This document shows positions 30,538 to 43,270 of a stretch of DNA of 64,000 bases, one piece after another; the stretch's first letter is position 1; every line of letters starts with the position of its first letter. This stretch comes from Euglena gracilis (Eukaryota). Under the pieces are notes generated by a model that was given only the letters and a program-made list of their open reading frames with translations, did no database searches and was not told the origin of the DNA. The position numbers and the translations under genes are program-made. The stretch spans positions 23,510,954-23,574,953 of the forward strand of contig CP154954.1 of assembly GCA_039621445.1 (NCBI GenBank), read 5' to 3'.

Positions 30538-31517
30538 AAAAGCGAAACAGAAAGTCTGCATGTTGTTGTTGGTTGTTGGTTGGCGGTGGGGGTGGCTGTG
30601 TTGGGGGGTTGGTCGGTGGGACGCTTTCAAATGACACTCCAACGCACACTTCTTCGTGGTGGCTGGGTGGCCCCGAGCCGGGCGCCGCGAGGGCGGGCAT
30701 GTGGAGGGCCGCTTCGACTTGGAGACGGTTTCCCAGCACGCCTGGCATCGCTCCCGTAGCCTGGGGGCCAGAGGGGCGCCGGCACGCCACCGTCACTCGT
30801 GTCACGCGAGTATCTCACAATCCCTTTGCCATTACTTTTTTTTTTTTGAAAAATCATCCCCACCCCCAGGCAGCCGGGGTCGGCCACTGTCCAAGGGAAA
30901 ATTGACCACACCCATTAAAAAATGGCAATGCCATTTTTTAATTTGAATTTTTTGAGCGCTTTGGGCGCCCGGTCACTTTTTGTGATTTTTTTTGCCACCC
31001 CCCCCCCTCCCGAGGGGATTTGGGACAAAAACCAGCCAATCACTCTGAAAAAAGACCAGTCACCCCCCCCCCGCAGTGAAGAAGTGATTGTATGGGCATG
31101 GCGCGTGCACCGACAGACACACCTGCTGATGCGGGCCTTTAGCAAGTCATGGGTGTGGTGGGGCAGCCGCTTGGAATGGGCCTTGGTGCCCGGGGACCGT
31201 GGCACGACGTGCCGGAAGGGGGAGGGCGGCCAGGCCTGGTCTGTGCGGGCTGGGATCGAGACTCCAGGCGCCAATCAACCTCCCTCCCACGTCGGACGAT
31301 CACTGACCCCTGTCTCTGCGATGGGATCGCTGATATGTGGGGGTTTTAAAAATGTTCCAACCCCCCCACCTGAAAAGTGGACGGATGCTCACATTTTAAG
31401 AACGTAGTTTCGGACCCCGAAGGGGTGCGCACTTTTTAGGGCACTGCACACTTATCAGGGCAAAGCACAAAACACTTAATTTTCAACCACTCTATTTCAG
31501 TTTGTGATGTCAAGCAA

Positions 31518-31730
31518 TGGCATTATCTCACATTCTCTTGGCATTATCTCAAAATCTCTTAGCATTCTTAGCATTCACATTCTCTTAGCATTACCTCACA
31601 TTCTTTCAGCATTATCTCACATTCTCTTAGCTTTATCTCGTAGTCGCTAAGCATTATCTCACAATCTTTATCTCATATTTTCTTAGCACACCCACATTCT
31701 CTTTGCATTATCTCATGTTCTATTAGCATT
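31518..31730. repeat. ~21-bp GCATTATCTCACATTCTCTTA minisatellite inside a dispersed repeat
   Basis: The flanks (~31385-31520 and ~31740-31865) resemble ~41615-41880, which lacks the array. Confidence 0.7.
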
Positions 31731-32663
31731 TTTTTCACGTCAAGTGATTATGTGTCAAATTTGGGCTTGGACGATGGAAGTATTTGGTCTGAGAGGGACA
31801 ATTCTGAGAATTGTGTGTGCTTTCTAACCTGAGATGAGACAGTGATTTCTCCTCTAGGTTTCGGACCCGGGACTCTGAATTGGATGAACTGAAGACGGAG
31901 TTCAAACTATTTCAAGGAGTTGCTTTCTGGTATCGGTGTACGAGGAGCACGTGGAGTGAGCACGTGGAGATGGTAACTGCAACCTGCGAGTTATAGTGGG
32001 GGTGGTCGTTGTTCACAGCATTGACCGATACCAACGGGGACCCAAACTGTCCGAACCAAAAGCCAAAAGATCTTGTACCACTTCGGAAGCGTTTGAGACA
32101 TCGCTACAGGTGCACAAAACGTGAGCGCCGGTGGGGAACATGGAAAAAGCCTGGAAAAAGGGTGGCATACATGGATGCAACATCATACAACCTCAACCAC
32201 CATAAAAACCAGCGTCTTTTTGGGGTCCTGACCTGCAACCTGCGACCGGGGGGGGGGGGTGGTCGTTAGACCCCCCTGACCTGCAACCTGGGCTGATGGG
32301 TCTCGGGCGTGGCGTTGAGGAACGCCGGGGAAGCAGCGGCGGCGGCGGACGCCAGCGTTGTTCCCTCGAGTGCGGACGCCATCGTGGCCTGCGGCGACGT
32401 CCTGCGGGGAGGACAGGCCACGCATCCTGCGGGCGATTTAGGCACTAAATAATTACACTGATTAATTAAATACACTAAAAAGTTAAATGTTGCAGGGGCA
32501 AAACGTTCCAAACTTCTGAACAAAAAAAAACAGGCGGAGAGTGAGAAAACTGATTTCTGGCATCACTGGACCATCGCCAATCCCCCAAACCATCAACAAA
32601 TGTGTTATTCAACTTTGATTTCAACATCATTTGAGTCACAGAATGCTGCTTGGCCCCGGCACA

Positions 32664-32850
32664 CCCGCGCCAGCGCAGGCGGTCCGCCAGCTGGGCCTCG
32701 ATGGCATCCTCCAGGCGGGCGAAAGTGCGGAGGCCGAGGCGGCCGCTGAGGTCCGCCGCCCGCCGGCCGGGGGATGGGGCGGCCCGCTGGCCGGGAGAGG
32801 CCGGGGGCGGCGGGGGGCGAGGCGGGGGCGGGGAGGCGACAGTGGTCAGC
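32664..32850 (-). CDS. Probable exon of an unknown multi-exon host gene
   Basis: Minus frame reads AADLSGRLGLRTFARLEDAIEAQLADRLRWR with nearly all G/C third positions, followed by a GT (GTGTG). Boundaries approximate. Confidence 0.5.
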
Positions 32851-33284
32851 GGCGGAGGCCACCCTGGTAACGCTGCAGGTCACGCAGCAGGCGTGACGAA
32901 CGGGGTGCAGCAAGCAGCAGATCTTGAGACTGGGGCCAGGTGGGGTCCTCAGTGCATTGGGACTGAGGACCCGTCACCTTGTCCTCCGTCCCAAAGCGTT
33001 ATCTCTGGCCTCACTGTGGCAGAGCTATATGGGCTGAGTGGCGGACACAAACCCTGGCCAGGAAGGTGAGCCAACCACTGAAAAAGCAACAGGTTGACGT
33101 TGGCGCCTTCTTGACAACCTCTGAGTGATTCAGCCAAACACAGAAATGGCTCAGGGACGGGCACGACAACTCCTCAGCCCACTTCAGAAGGGAACAAATA
33201 ACTTATAAAAACACCGCAATGGCACGAGCAGGAACACGGATGGGGGATCTCCGGGCGCGAAATTGGGAGTCGAATTTGCGTCCG

Positions 33285-33460
33285 GGGTGGCCCGCCGGCG
33301 GCGGACGCTGCGGAAGATGGGCCGCCCGTCGTGGGCGAAGAACCCGACGCCGAGCTCGGTGCCGAACACCGGCAGCGGCGGCGCGGCGCGAGGGGGGGCG
33401 GCAGCCCGGGGAGCGGGGGCGCCGGCGGCTGCCACGGGGAACGTGAGCATGGGCTGGTCG
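33285..33460 (-). CDS. Probable exon of the host gene
   Basis: PMLTFPVAAA...LPVFGTELGVGFFAHDGRPIFRSV, with high GC3. Boundaries approximate. Confidence 0.45.
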
Positions 33461-33663
33461 CACCAAGGGGTGGGCAGGGGGGGCGGCGGGGGGTGGGGGG
33501 GGGGGGCGGGGCCCTCGGAAGGTCGGGCCCCCACTCAGGGCCAGGGGGCCGGGCCCAGTAGGCGCTGGCGCTGGCGGGGCGGCGCCGCGGCACGTTCCAG
33601 CGCCAGGGACACCTTGAGAGTTGGTGCGGAAAGAGCAGCGCTGGCAGGATACCCCATCACAAC

Positions 33664-33779
33664 TAGGGGTTTTTTAAGGGGGGGGGGGGGTCACCCCACC
33701 CACCGACGCCCTGGGGGGGGGGCGCCACCCCTACCCCCCAACCTCCCCCGGGGGTACAAGACTAAAAAAAAAAACCCTG
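33664..33779. mobile_element. Short MITE (hAT-like, 8-bp TSD)
   Basis: TAGGGGTTTTTT...AAAAAAACCCTG, flanked by ATCACAAC / ATCGCAAC (8 bp, one mismatch). Confidence 0.65.
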
Positions 33780-35184
33780 ATCGCAACCCAGACCATACAC
33801 GGAGGGGCACTGGCCTTTAGCATCGCCCCACCCCCTTCTCCTGGGTATTTGCTGCCCCTGTCTGCGCGGGCCAACGTGCTGCATGCCAATGCCCCAGAGG
33901 GTCAGGATTTTGAAACAAGGGTGGGGGAGCGGCCCAGACCCCTCCTGTGGTCAAGAAGAGGGTGGAAAGCACCCGACAACCCTCCACACATCACCCCCCT
34001 GGTCCACACGACTGGCGCCGTCGCCGGAATAGGGTCCCACTCATTGGCCGGGGAGGGTCAGTGCACTCTGCGGAGGTCCTCCCTGGCCGCCGCCCAGAGG
34101 CCCGGGCGCGCTGCCGCCGCCGTGGCCGGGCCGGGGGCTCACTGTGGCTCCGGATGGGCCGGCCGCAGGCCCGCCCTCCGCCCCCTGCCCCCAAACCTAA
34201 CGCCGCGTCATCCACGGGAAACGGAGGGCTGGCGGAAAGGACGACGGCGGCGGGGGACGGGGGTTCCGCATCGGAGTTGGTTGCCAGAAAAAAAGGCTGA
34301 CCACTGCAAGGTGAGTCGCAAGAAGACGGAGGCACACGGAAGCCCCAGTCAAGTTTTTGACGGAAAAGCAGGTGCGGGCTGGCAATTATGCCAAAAGCCC
34401 CCTCTGGAGGCAAGGTTGCAGGTGCTTTGTGTCTCAGAGCGGCAATCATATTTGATTTTAAAAAACCAGACTCTTTAAGAAAAAGACAGCAACCTGGGGA
34501 TGCATCCAGATCCAGATCCACCATCAGGTGGATGAACACACTTTGGCAGGCCAGGGGGGGATTCCGCCAAAAACCAATCAGTCAGCTGGCTTCGGCATTA
34601 GCATAATGGGGGGGGGGTCCCAGGGAAGGCCATGGCCAGAAGTAGGGGGTCGCGGCGGGGGCAGGCATCCGATGGGGAGGGCGGGCAGGACCGCCGAGGA
34701 GGCTGCCGGAGGGGCCGCGCGACCCGACGCGCGGCGGGCAGCTGTGGGACAAAAGGTGGAGGGCAGGGGGTTCAAAACCAGTCCCTTTGGAGGCTCTGGT
34801 TAGGGTTCACCCCCCACCCCCTGGACCCCTTCGGAGAAGCAGCCGGATCTGAGGCTTCCGAGCCGACACGTTCCACGGCTGACAAGTGTGGGGCATCCTG
34901 GAAAAAAAAGGCCGGCAGATTTAGGTTCAAATCTTCGCGGATGAATCGAAGCTGAACATTCGCGGAACGTCATGGGGTAGGAAACCGTTACAAATTAGAT
35001 TTTGTTGTGCCGAATTTTAGAAGTGATTTGATTTTGGGTCATCCCCTCTGATAATTGTGGTGTTTTCATCAGGGGTTCTGGTCGTTCCCAGACATATATA
35101 TATATATATATATATGCATACATATGTATATATACATATATATATATACATATATATGTACATATACACATATATATATACATA

Positions 35185-35491
35185 TGGCAAGTGTTAAGTT
35201 TAGTACACCCCCGGGGGGGGTACTAAACTTGACACCGGGTTGGGCACCCCCGTTATTGAAGGTATAGGGTTAGTTGCGCACATGCTAATTTGTGCTAATT
35301 GGCTATGTTGCGCTACAGGGCTATGTTGCGCAACATAGCCATGTAGCGCAACATAGCCATGTAGCGCAACATAGCCAACTAGCGCAAATTAGCATGTGCG
35401 CACCTGACCCTATACCTTCAATTAAGGGGGGTGCCCAACCTGGTGTCAAGTTTAGTACCCCCCCGGGGGGTACTCAACTTAACACTTGCCA
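35185..35491. mobile_element. Fold-back MITE in (TA)n
   Basis: Near-palindrome TGGCAAGTGTTAAGTT...AACTTAACACTTGCCA, flanked by TA repeats. Confidence 0.75.
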
Positions 35492-35556
35492 TACATATAT
35501 ATATCATATATATAAATATATATACATATATATACATATATATGTATATATATACA

Positions 35557-35840
35557 TGGCAGCTCCCAACTATGTGCCCCCCCCCAGGGGGGGGCATATA
35601 GTTGGGGGGGGGGGTCAAGATATTTTTTTTTGTGTTAATGATGGAGTAGGGTTAGGTGCGCGATTTAGGGTTAGGGTTTGGCCTAACTTATAGACGGGTG
35701 TTCGGTGTACAAGTTAGGCCTAACCCTAAGCCTAAATCGCGCACCTAACCCTACTCCATCATTAACACAACAAACTCCACCCCCCCCCTACTCCCAACTA
35801 TATGGCCCCAGGGGGGGGGGGTATAAATTTGGGAGCTGCC

Positions 35841-35841
<1 letters not shown>
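35557..35841. mobile_element. Fold-back MITE in (TA)n with internal TTAGGG
   Basis: TGGCAGCTCCCAA...TTGGGAGCTGCCA. Near-palindromic throughout, with TTAGGGTTAGGG on one arm and CCTAACCCTAA on the other. Confidence 0.75.
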
Positions 35842-35893
<52 letters not shown>

Positions 35894-35959
35894 CATACAT
35901 ACATACATACATACATACATACATACATACATACATACATACATACATACATACATACA

Positions 35960-35995
<36 letters not shown>

Positions 35996-36012
35996 CACAC
36001 ACACATATATAT

Positions 36013-36237
36013 AACCCCCCCCCCCAAATAACCTGCGGGGTGCCAGGTTATTGGAACCAACTTTTGACCCTGTCCCCCCGCCAGGTTATTTGGGCCATTT
36101 TTTCAGCGTCGTAAAGGAATTTTGCCTGAAAAGGACCCCGCCAAGTTACTGGAACCATCTCTTTTGCCCCTCCCCCCGCCAAGTTATTCGGCCCCCGCCA
36201 GGAGTTGGGACCCCGCCAGGTTATTTGGGGGGGGGTT
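36013..36237. mobile_element. MITE in (TA)n
   Basis: AACCCCCCCCCCCAAATAACCTG / CAGGTTATTTGGGGGGGGGTT, with internal CCCGCCARGTTA repeats. Confidence 0.65.
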
Positions 36238-36264
36238 ATACACACACACACACACATACGTATA

Positions 36265-36384
36265 TGGCGGGGGTGAACTTGTGCCCCCCCCCTAACCTTA
36301 ACCCTAACCCTAACCCTGACCCAAATCTAGGGGAGCAAGTTCTCCCTCGATTCCAAATCTAGGGGAGCAAGTTCTCCCTCGCCA
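36265..36384. mobile_element. Short TGGC...GCCA MITE with CCCTAA repeats
   Basis: TGGCGGGGGTGAACTT / AAGTTCTCCCTCGCCA, flanked by TA repeats. Internal CCTAACCTTAACCCTAACCCTAACCCT. Confidence 0.6.
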
Positions 36385-36394
36385 TATATATGTA

Positions 36395-36459
<65 letters not shown>

Positions 36460-38097
36460 TCTCCCTCGCCATGTATACATATATATATATACGTATATAT
36501 GTATATATGTATATATGTGTGTGTGTGTCATACATGTATGTATATGTAACACAAGAGATTGTTGCAGGGAGGAAATAAAAAATTTGAGAGTACTTTCTTT
36601 GTTTAACTCTAAACCTTTTCAAAACACCATCACCAGCTGTTCACGTTCAAATATCCCTTGACCAAGACAAAGATGTCCATTGTGCGTGGAAATAAGTGGC
36701 GAGTGCCTGCAGGGGGGGGGGATGCGGCAAATGTTACCAAATTATGTGGACTGATGCGGCAATTCTGCAGGATTATGATAAAAAATGCGGTGTAAAAGTG
36801 GGCAGAAGGACTGTTGTTTGCATTCATGCAAGGCCGGAAAACTGCAATTTTTGTATTAAATACTCAACCAAAAACACAAAAAAAATCAGCCCAAGCCCAA
36901 GCCGAACAGCTCAAAACAGCTCAATTTGCCATTTTAGTTTTTTTCATGCCATTTTAGACCATTTTAGTCGTTTGACCGATAGGGAGGATTTCAAAAAACC
37001 ACAGATTTAGGTTTTCCTTCAGGCACAAAACTGCGTTATAAATTTGATTTGAGGCCACTTTAAGCCATTTTTTTTTTATTAGTGATGGTCCACCACAACC
37101 TAAGATGAGCAGCTCCTCAGTACTGGCGCCAAATCGCATCGGAGGCGGAGGTGGTATGCTGCACGGTTGGGTTGCAGGAGGGGCCAAGCAGGCTGCCAAC
37201 AGGCCGGCGTCCTCGCCGTGGGTGACCAGAGAAGTTGAGGTGAACCAGTGCAATGAGAGAGAGCACGGCATCGCCACAGCAACGGAATCGGGAGGAAGGG
37301 GTGCTGCACTGTGCTATGGAAGGTCATCAGCAGGGACAACCTGTGTTAGCATAAAAATGGTGAAGGATTCAGGTGTGGCACGCATGCACGCAGCAGCGCA
37401 CACATATTGCACCACACAACCACCATTACATCGAATGGAACCCCAGAATGGTGGTGAATGCAAAAAAAAAATGCACATTGAATATGCAATGTTAAATTTG
37501 TGAGGGCAAAAGAAATGCAAATAAATTCAATGTAAATTTTTTTGGAAACTTCCAGACACTTTCAACTCAAAATTACAAAATCAAATCAAATCAAATCAAA
37601 TGTTTATTCATCTGGCAACACAACCCAAGCTTGCCAAGGGTCCCTGAGCATGAGCCAGGATGAGGTAACTAACCAGCGAGAAGCCAGTAAGCAGAGACAG
37701 ACGGGCCTTGAAGAATTTCTGAACAGAAATAGCCAGCAATGCATTTCCCTGAAAATGGTGGGGGAAAACAGGAAACGAAGCACAAAAAAAAAGCGGATGC
37801 AACAATATTTGAATTTCTTTTGCACACTGGGATGGGATGCTATTTCTGCCGCGCACACACGAAATAATATTGACGTGGCCTGCAATCCAGATGTCGAAAA
37901 ATAATTTTTTTTTGATGCAATGCCCGCATCGCAAATCTGGAAACCCTCAGGGCCTCACTGACCATGATGAGTAGCATGAACAATGAGTCGTGACCCAGGC
38001 TGAATTGGAAAGGCCTGGTGGGGGGAAACCTGCAGACCATAGCATTTTGCAACAAAATACCAGGTACCAGACGCCAGATTCTTCTCAACACCAAAAC

Positions 38098-38250
38098 CAG
38101 TATCGCTTGGAATTCTGGGTGATGGGCGGTGGAGCCGCACAAGGTCGCTGGGGTTCCGTCCAGCCTGGTCGTGGCCGCGGGCGTTGGGCGGCGTGCCGAA
38201 CTCCACTGTGACGACAAAGAGGTGGTCCTCCAGTGACAACGTCAAAGGCA
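38098..38250 (-). CDS. Probable exon of the host gene
   Basis: LTLSLEDHLFVVTVEFGTPPNARGHDQAGRNPSDLVRLHRPSPRIPSD, in a GC island. Boundaries approximate. Confidence 0.45.
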
Positions 38251-39479
38251 GAGGGCACAGCAGGGGATTCCATAAAGGCTGCCGGGCTGAGTTGGTTGGG
38301 AATGCCAACGGCCGGCACCCAAAACGTTAAATGGCTCAACCAGGCCAGAGAACATTCACACAACTGCGCATGAGTTGACCCAAATAACGGAACCACAAAA
38401 ATTCTGCTTGTGGTAGACTTATCATAAGATGGCACCCCAGCAGATTGAAGGAATTCAAGAAAATAACAACATAAACGAAGCTGCAAAACCCGCGGCGAAT
38501 ACCCCACCTTCGTTCACGCTCCATTATGGGAAACCGCTTGAGAAGGACAGCTGAGCAAAGAGGTGTTTCATTTCACTCCAGCAGTGTGTTGTCGCGCGTC
38601 AGTTGTCTTCTGTGCCATACACATGCGTGCATGTGTTCATGCAGCAGTAGTGCGAGAGAGATGACTTCTGTTGGATGGCAACGGTCTGCGACAATGGAAC
38701 CCCACCATCCACCCAGCCCTCAACACCGCAGCGCACCCCTGGCCTCCGGCTGCAGCACCACCACCTGAGCGATGTTCTGCTGGATCTGTGCCCCGCAGTC
38801 GTACGGCAGGTTGACGCAGCCGATGTGCCGGATGGGGTCCCGCATCTGGCCCATCCCACTGCCACACCGCACCATTCCCCTCCGGGAGGGGGGGGGATGG
38901 GGTTGTTTGACAGTTTCGAGAGAGTCGGGGGGGGGCGGGCAATGGGGTGCTCCCCTCGGCAGTGGGATGCTCCGGACGTCCATCGTGATGCTCTGCCGCC
39001 GCCCACGGGCCAGGCTGGCCGCCTCCACCATTTTCGAGAAACGGAGCGACGCTTTCTTCCCCGGATGACCCATACTGCACTCGGGTGTTCAGGCGCTGAG
39101 ACAGGAAATCCCAGAAGCGTCCATGCCCCCCCCTCACCATGGTAATGCGCAAAGAAAAATTCATTTACGAATTTTCGACCTAAAAATCGGTGCCGTGGAA
39201 AATCCGGGAAGGTATGGTGGGCGGGGGACCCCCCCAACCACAATCGGGGTGGGGGAGTGTCACCACCCGGTGGGCTTGCGGGATCCCCGTTCCGCCTTGG
39301 ACGGCGTTGGGGGGGGGGCGTCCCAGACTCTTCACCTTAAGGGGGGGGGCAACGAGAGGATGGAGCCAATGAGCCGGGTGAGAGGTGCTGGGGAACCCCA
39401 GACAAAACGCGGGACGGGGAAATGGGGGCAGAACAAGGCGCATTGGGGGCAGCAAACCGCCCGGCAGGGGGGAAGGAGG

Positions 39480-39770
39480 GTGGCCGCGGCCGATGGGCGC
39501 GTGGGGGGCGATAGGCAGGACGGACATGGGGAGGAGGAAGCTCTGCCGGCCGGTCTCCTCCAGCAGGGCACAGGTGAAGGTGACGTCCAGGGCGGTGGTG
39601 GTGCTGGGCTCGAGGTCAGCGCCAGGGGGCCCCAAAGGCAGGCGGGGACCGTGGCGGAAGGGAGGGTGGGCGGCCGGCGCGTGTGGAGGCGGCTCTCGGA
39701 GGCGGAGGCAGACAGAAAACGCGAAGGGACGCACGATGTGAACCGCTTCAGAGCACAGCACGACGCGGAA
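39480..39770 (-). CDS. Probable exon of the host gene
   Basis: FRVVLCSEAVHIVRPFAFSVCLRLREP...TTTALDVTFTCALLEETGRQSFLLPMSVLP, with high GC3. Boundaries approximate. Confidence 0.5.
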
Positions 39771-39984
39771 TGACGGAGACGCATGAGCACTGGGGCGGTG
39801 CTGAAGCAAAAAGAAATCCCGTCCCAGCACATTCGATGAAATCTCCACAAGAAAATGGGCGAAAAAAATGGCCGTATTTTGGCGAAACAATGGGTCGACC
39901 TTGGGGGGAGGGGGAGCAATTTCTGGAATTCCTGGAGCATCACCCACCTGAAAAAATGGCAAAAAAAACCCGCGTTTTCGACAT

Positions 39985-40440
39985 TTCGGACGTCTGGGCG
40001 TCGAAGCCGTTCGATGCCCGACGCCTGGACCCCGTTGGCCGCCTTGGGCCTAAAGGCGGTCCTCAAGGGGCGGTCCTTGAGAATAAAAACTTCACCGCCC
40101 TGAAGAGCACCCACCCACATCGACCCACCCACCCACACCCACCCACACACACCCACACACCCACCCACACACACCCACACACCCACACACCCACACCCAC
40201 ACCCATCCACCCACCCACACACACGCTCGCGCGCGCGCCTTCGCGCAGGAACGTCAAAATAAGCAGCCTGGAGACACCCTGGGCCTGCAGCTGGGGCCCG
40301 GCCCAGTAATAATAAAACAGGGAGGGCGAGCCCTCAGTGAGGTCTGGGCCCGCGCCCAGCGGATATCGTACTGGGTCGCCCTCCGGCGGCACCTCCTCCA
40401 ACTGCGAGAGGCGGCGGCGGGGGGTGCTGTGCTCAGGGTG
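39985..40440 (-). CDS. Two probable exons separated by a (TG)n-rich intron
   Basis: RRRLSQLEEVPPEGDPVRYPLG...SLFYYYWAGPQLQAQGVSRLLILTFLRE (~40230-40420) and VLFRAVKF/FILKDRPLRTAFRPKAANGVQASGIERLRRPD (~39985-40110). Boundaries and frames approximate. Confidence 0.45.
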
Positions 40441-40484
40441 CACGCAACTCATCTCGAGCAATTATATGGACCACATATCTAACC

Positions 40485-41559
40485 CAGGGATTTGTGCGTA
40501 TCCTTTTTTGGGGGTCAAATTCTTATCCGTAGTTATCCGTTGTTATCCGTAGTTATCCGTAATTATCCTTATTTGCTAAAATACCCTTCCTGACAGGGGA
40601 TATCCATCTAGAAATGGCTGCAATTGAAAGGATGAAGAGAGTTGATCATCATAAACCTCAGGAATGTCTAAAATTCGTGAAATATGACAATCTAAACAGA
40701 AAACGACAAGCATCCAAGGCAGATGGAAACGACAATGTCCGGTGTGGGTTTTTTAATCTTTCATCCACCGTTCTTCACAATCACCGTTGTAGAGCCAACG
40801 GCTGCCTGCCGGAATGACATCGTTTAACCTCCGGTTTTTACCATCGGTTTTTAAAATCAATGACACCGTCGGTTTTTAAAATCAATGACACCGGCCAAAC
40901 TGAAAGCAGCCCATCTCTTTATAGGATGCACGCTGCCAAATGGAAAATTGTTGCGAAAAAAAAGCCTGAGGGGGGAAATTGATACCCAGATGCTTTCTAA
41001 CACAAAATACCTGCATCTTCAGGAACCTTTATCAAAGCTGCACTTGCTCCGGGCTGTTTAACCACCTTTGCCCCTTCCAATTTCATTTTCTTGTGGGACT
41101 GGCTCGCAACGTGCCTTACAGCAAAGCAATTTTCCTTATAATCAACTTGCACACCACAATGGCAGCAACACAACTCCTAACCTTCGTTTCGCACCTCCAA
41201 ATCATCTCGAAACTGGGCAGCCCGCTTCTGCGGAGTCAGATGACTTCTGCGCTTCACAGCTCCCTTCTCCTTTGCCGATGGAGACTCAGGAGGGAAATCC
41301 ATTGGTAGGGAGAAAGAATAGAGCCTGTGGTTGAGGATGTGGGTGTGCACGCAAGCTTCATGCAGTTCTTGCTCATCCTCATTCGTCAATTTTTTTTTGC
41401 TTATCCGTAGTAATCCGTAATTATCCGCAGTTATCCTTATTTGGACTTTTGGCTCATCCGTAGTTATCCGTAGTTATCCATTTTTATCCGTATTTGGGGG
41501 TTTCGGGCTTATCCGTAGATATCCGTAGTTATCCATTTCAGGATAAGCACAAATCCCCG
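40485..41559. mobile_element. Non-autonomous TIR transposon with TTATCCGTAG subterminal repeats
   Basis: TIRs CAGGGATTTGTGCGTATCCT / AGGATAAGCACAAATCCCCG, flanked by the direct repeat TCTAACC. TTATCCGT repeats cluster near both ends. Confidence 0.7.
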
Positions 41560-42390
41560 TCTAACCCCCCCCCCAACGCGTTCTCAGCCATTCCCCCCCA
41601 AAAAGTGCACGGGTGCGCACATTTTAAAGAGGTCATTTCGGACCCTGAAGGGGTGTGCACTTAAAGCACGAAATACTTAATTTTCCACCGCTCTTTTTCA
41701 ATTTTTTTCCCCCTTCTTGTGATGCCAAGCAATGAGTTGAGTGATTATGTGTCAAATTTCACAGTCTTCCAATGTCTGGCCCAACAGGAAACTGACTGTG
41801 CTTCGACAAGGCAGGGTGCCTTCAGCATAATTGGGTGTACTTTCCGACCTGAGATGTGACCTTTGGGCTCTAGTTTCGAACCCTTTGGTGGTGCGCACTT
41901 GTTAAGGAACTGCGCATAATCTGGGCACTGCACATAATTAGCGCGCTTATTGGGGGGGGGGTTGCTCGCGCGCACAGGAAGCGGACCTGCCCAACGCAGG
42001 GTTCGCCGTTCAGCTGCCAATGAAAGTCCGAGAAAGCGCGCAGCTCCCCGATGGGGAAGTAGAGCTCCGCCTCTCGGAACAGGGCCAGGGGCAGATGGGT
42101 AAAGGAGGGGGTAAAGCGATGCCGGGAAGGGGCTGGGGACTGGGTGGAGGGCGGGGCACGCATGGGGTGTTCCGTTGACAGAGGAAAAGGGCGACCCGGA
42201 TTTTTTGTTTGTAGTCACACTGGTCCAAAGAAGGGGAAAAAACTATAAAAAAAAGGTCAATGGTCCGAAATTGTCAATGGTAAATGGTCCGAAATTGGGG
42301 GGAAAAACAAAGATGGCATCGTCCCACAAATATAAACCCCTGGCTTTATATTTGGGCGGGAATTCAGGACCGTCGCGGGGGACTTCGAGA

Positions 42391-42691
42391 CATGCTTGTG
42401 CTTACCAACCGGGGGGGAAGGGGGGTGGGTGCTATAGGGTGCCTGCCCCTAGCAGGCACACCCCCCCCCCCGGGGGATAGGGGTCCGGGGGGGACCCAGA
42501 ACATTTTCATTGAAAATGGCCTTTTCCGGGCCCCCGGCGCCGAAGGCGCTGGGGTCGGAGGGGGGTGCCTGCTAGGGGCAGGCACCCTCCAAAACCCCAC
42601 CCCCGGGGGGGGGGTCGGATCGGGTGCTATAGGGTGCCTGCCCCTAGCACCCCCCCCCCGTGGGGTAGGCACCCGACTAAGCACAAGCATG
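42391..42691. mobile_element. MITE (hAT-like, 14-bp TIR, 8-bp TSD)
   Basis: CATGCTTGTGCTTA / TAAGCACAAGCATG. Flanks are CTTCGAGA / CTTCGGGA. Confidence 0.75.
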
Positions 42692-43029
42692 CTTCGGGAA
42701 AATCAAAGTTTTTGGGCAGACTCTACAAACGTTCACTGCCTTCAATTGGAATCAAATAACAGTACAAAATTTTGTGCACCTCCTGGTTCCCCCCAAAATA
42801 CACATTTTTGGGGCCAAAATGAACCAATTATTGTGAACGTTTGTAATTATCCACGCAATTTTTTTTGATCTACCCCGAATGGCACAGTTGGGGTGCTTTG
42901 GGAGGGGAACTGTACATTTGGGCGGCGAAACCAAACCCCCCTGTGGGGGAAGCTTCATATTTGGGGATGAATAAAATGTCTTCTGTGCTGCAGAGTAAGA
43001 GAAGCCCACATGGACACAGATGGTGGCGC

Positions 43030-43270
43030 GCTTCCCCTGGACGTGTTCTCGAACTCATAGTGCAGGTCCACACTCGCCTTCTGGTGGCGCAGCTGGACGT
43101 GCACCGTGAGCTTCGCGCAGGGGAAGGGCTTGCTGGTGTGGACGGCGGTGGGGCCAACCTTCAGCGAGGGGCCCTTCAGACGGTCATGACTGCTCTTCGT
43201 CAGGCACAGGCGGATGGGGGCCAACCCTTCCAGGGGGGGGGGCGGTCTCGCCTCCACCATCAGGCACTGG
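43030..43270 (-). CDS. Probable exon of the host gene
   Basis: PPLEGLAPIRLCLTKSSHDRLKGPSLKVGPTAVHTSKPFPCAKLTVHVQLRHQKASVDLHYEFENTSRGS. Boundaries approximate. Confidence 0.45.
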
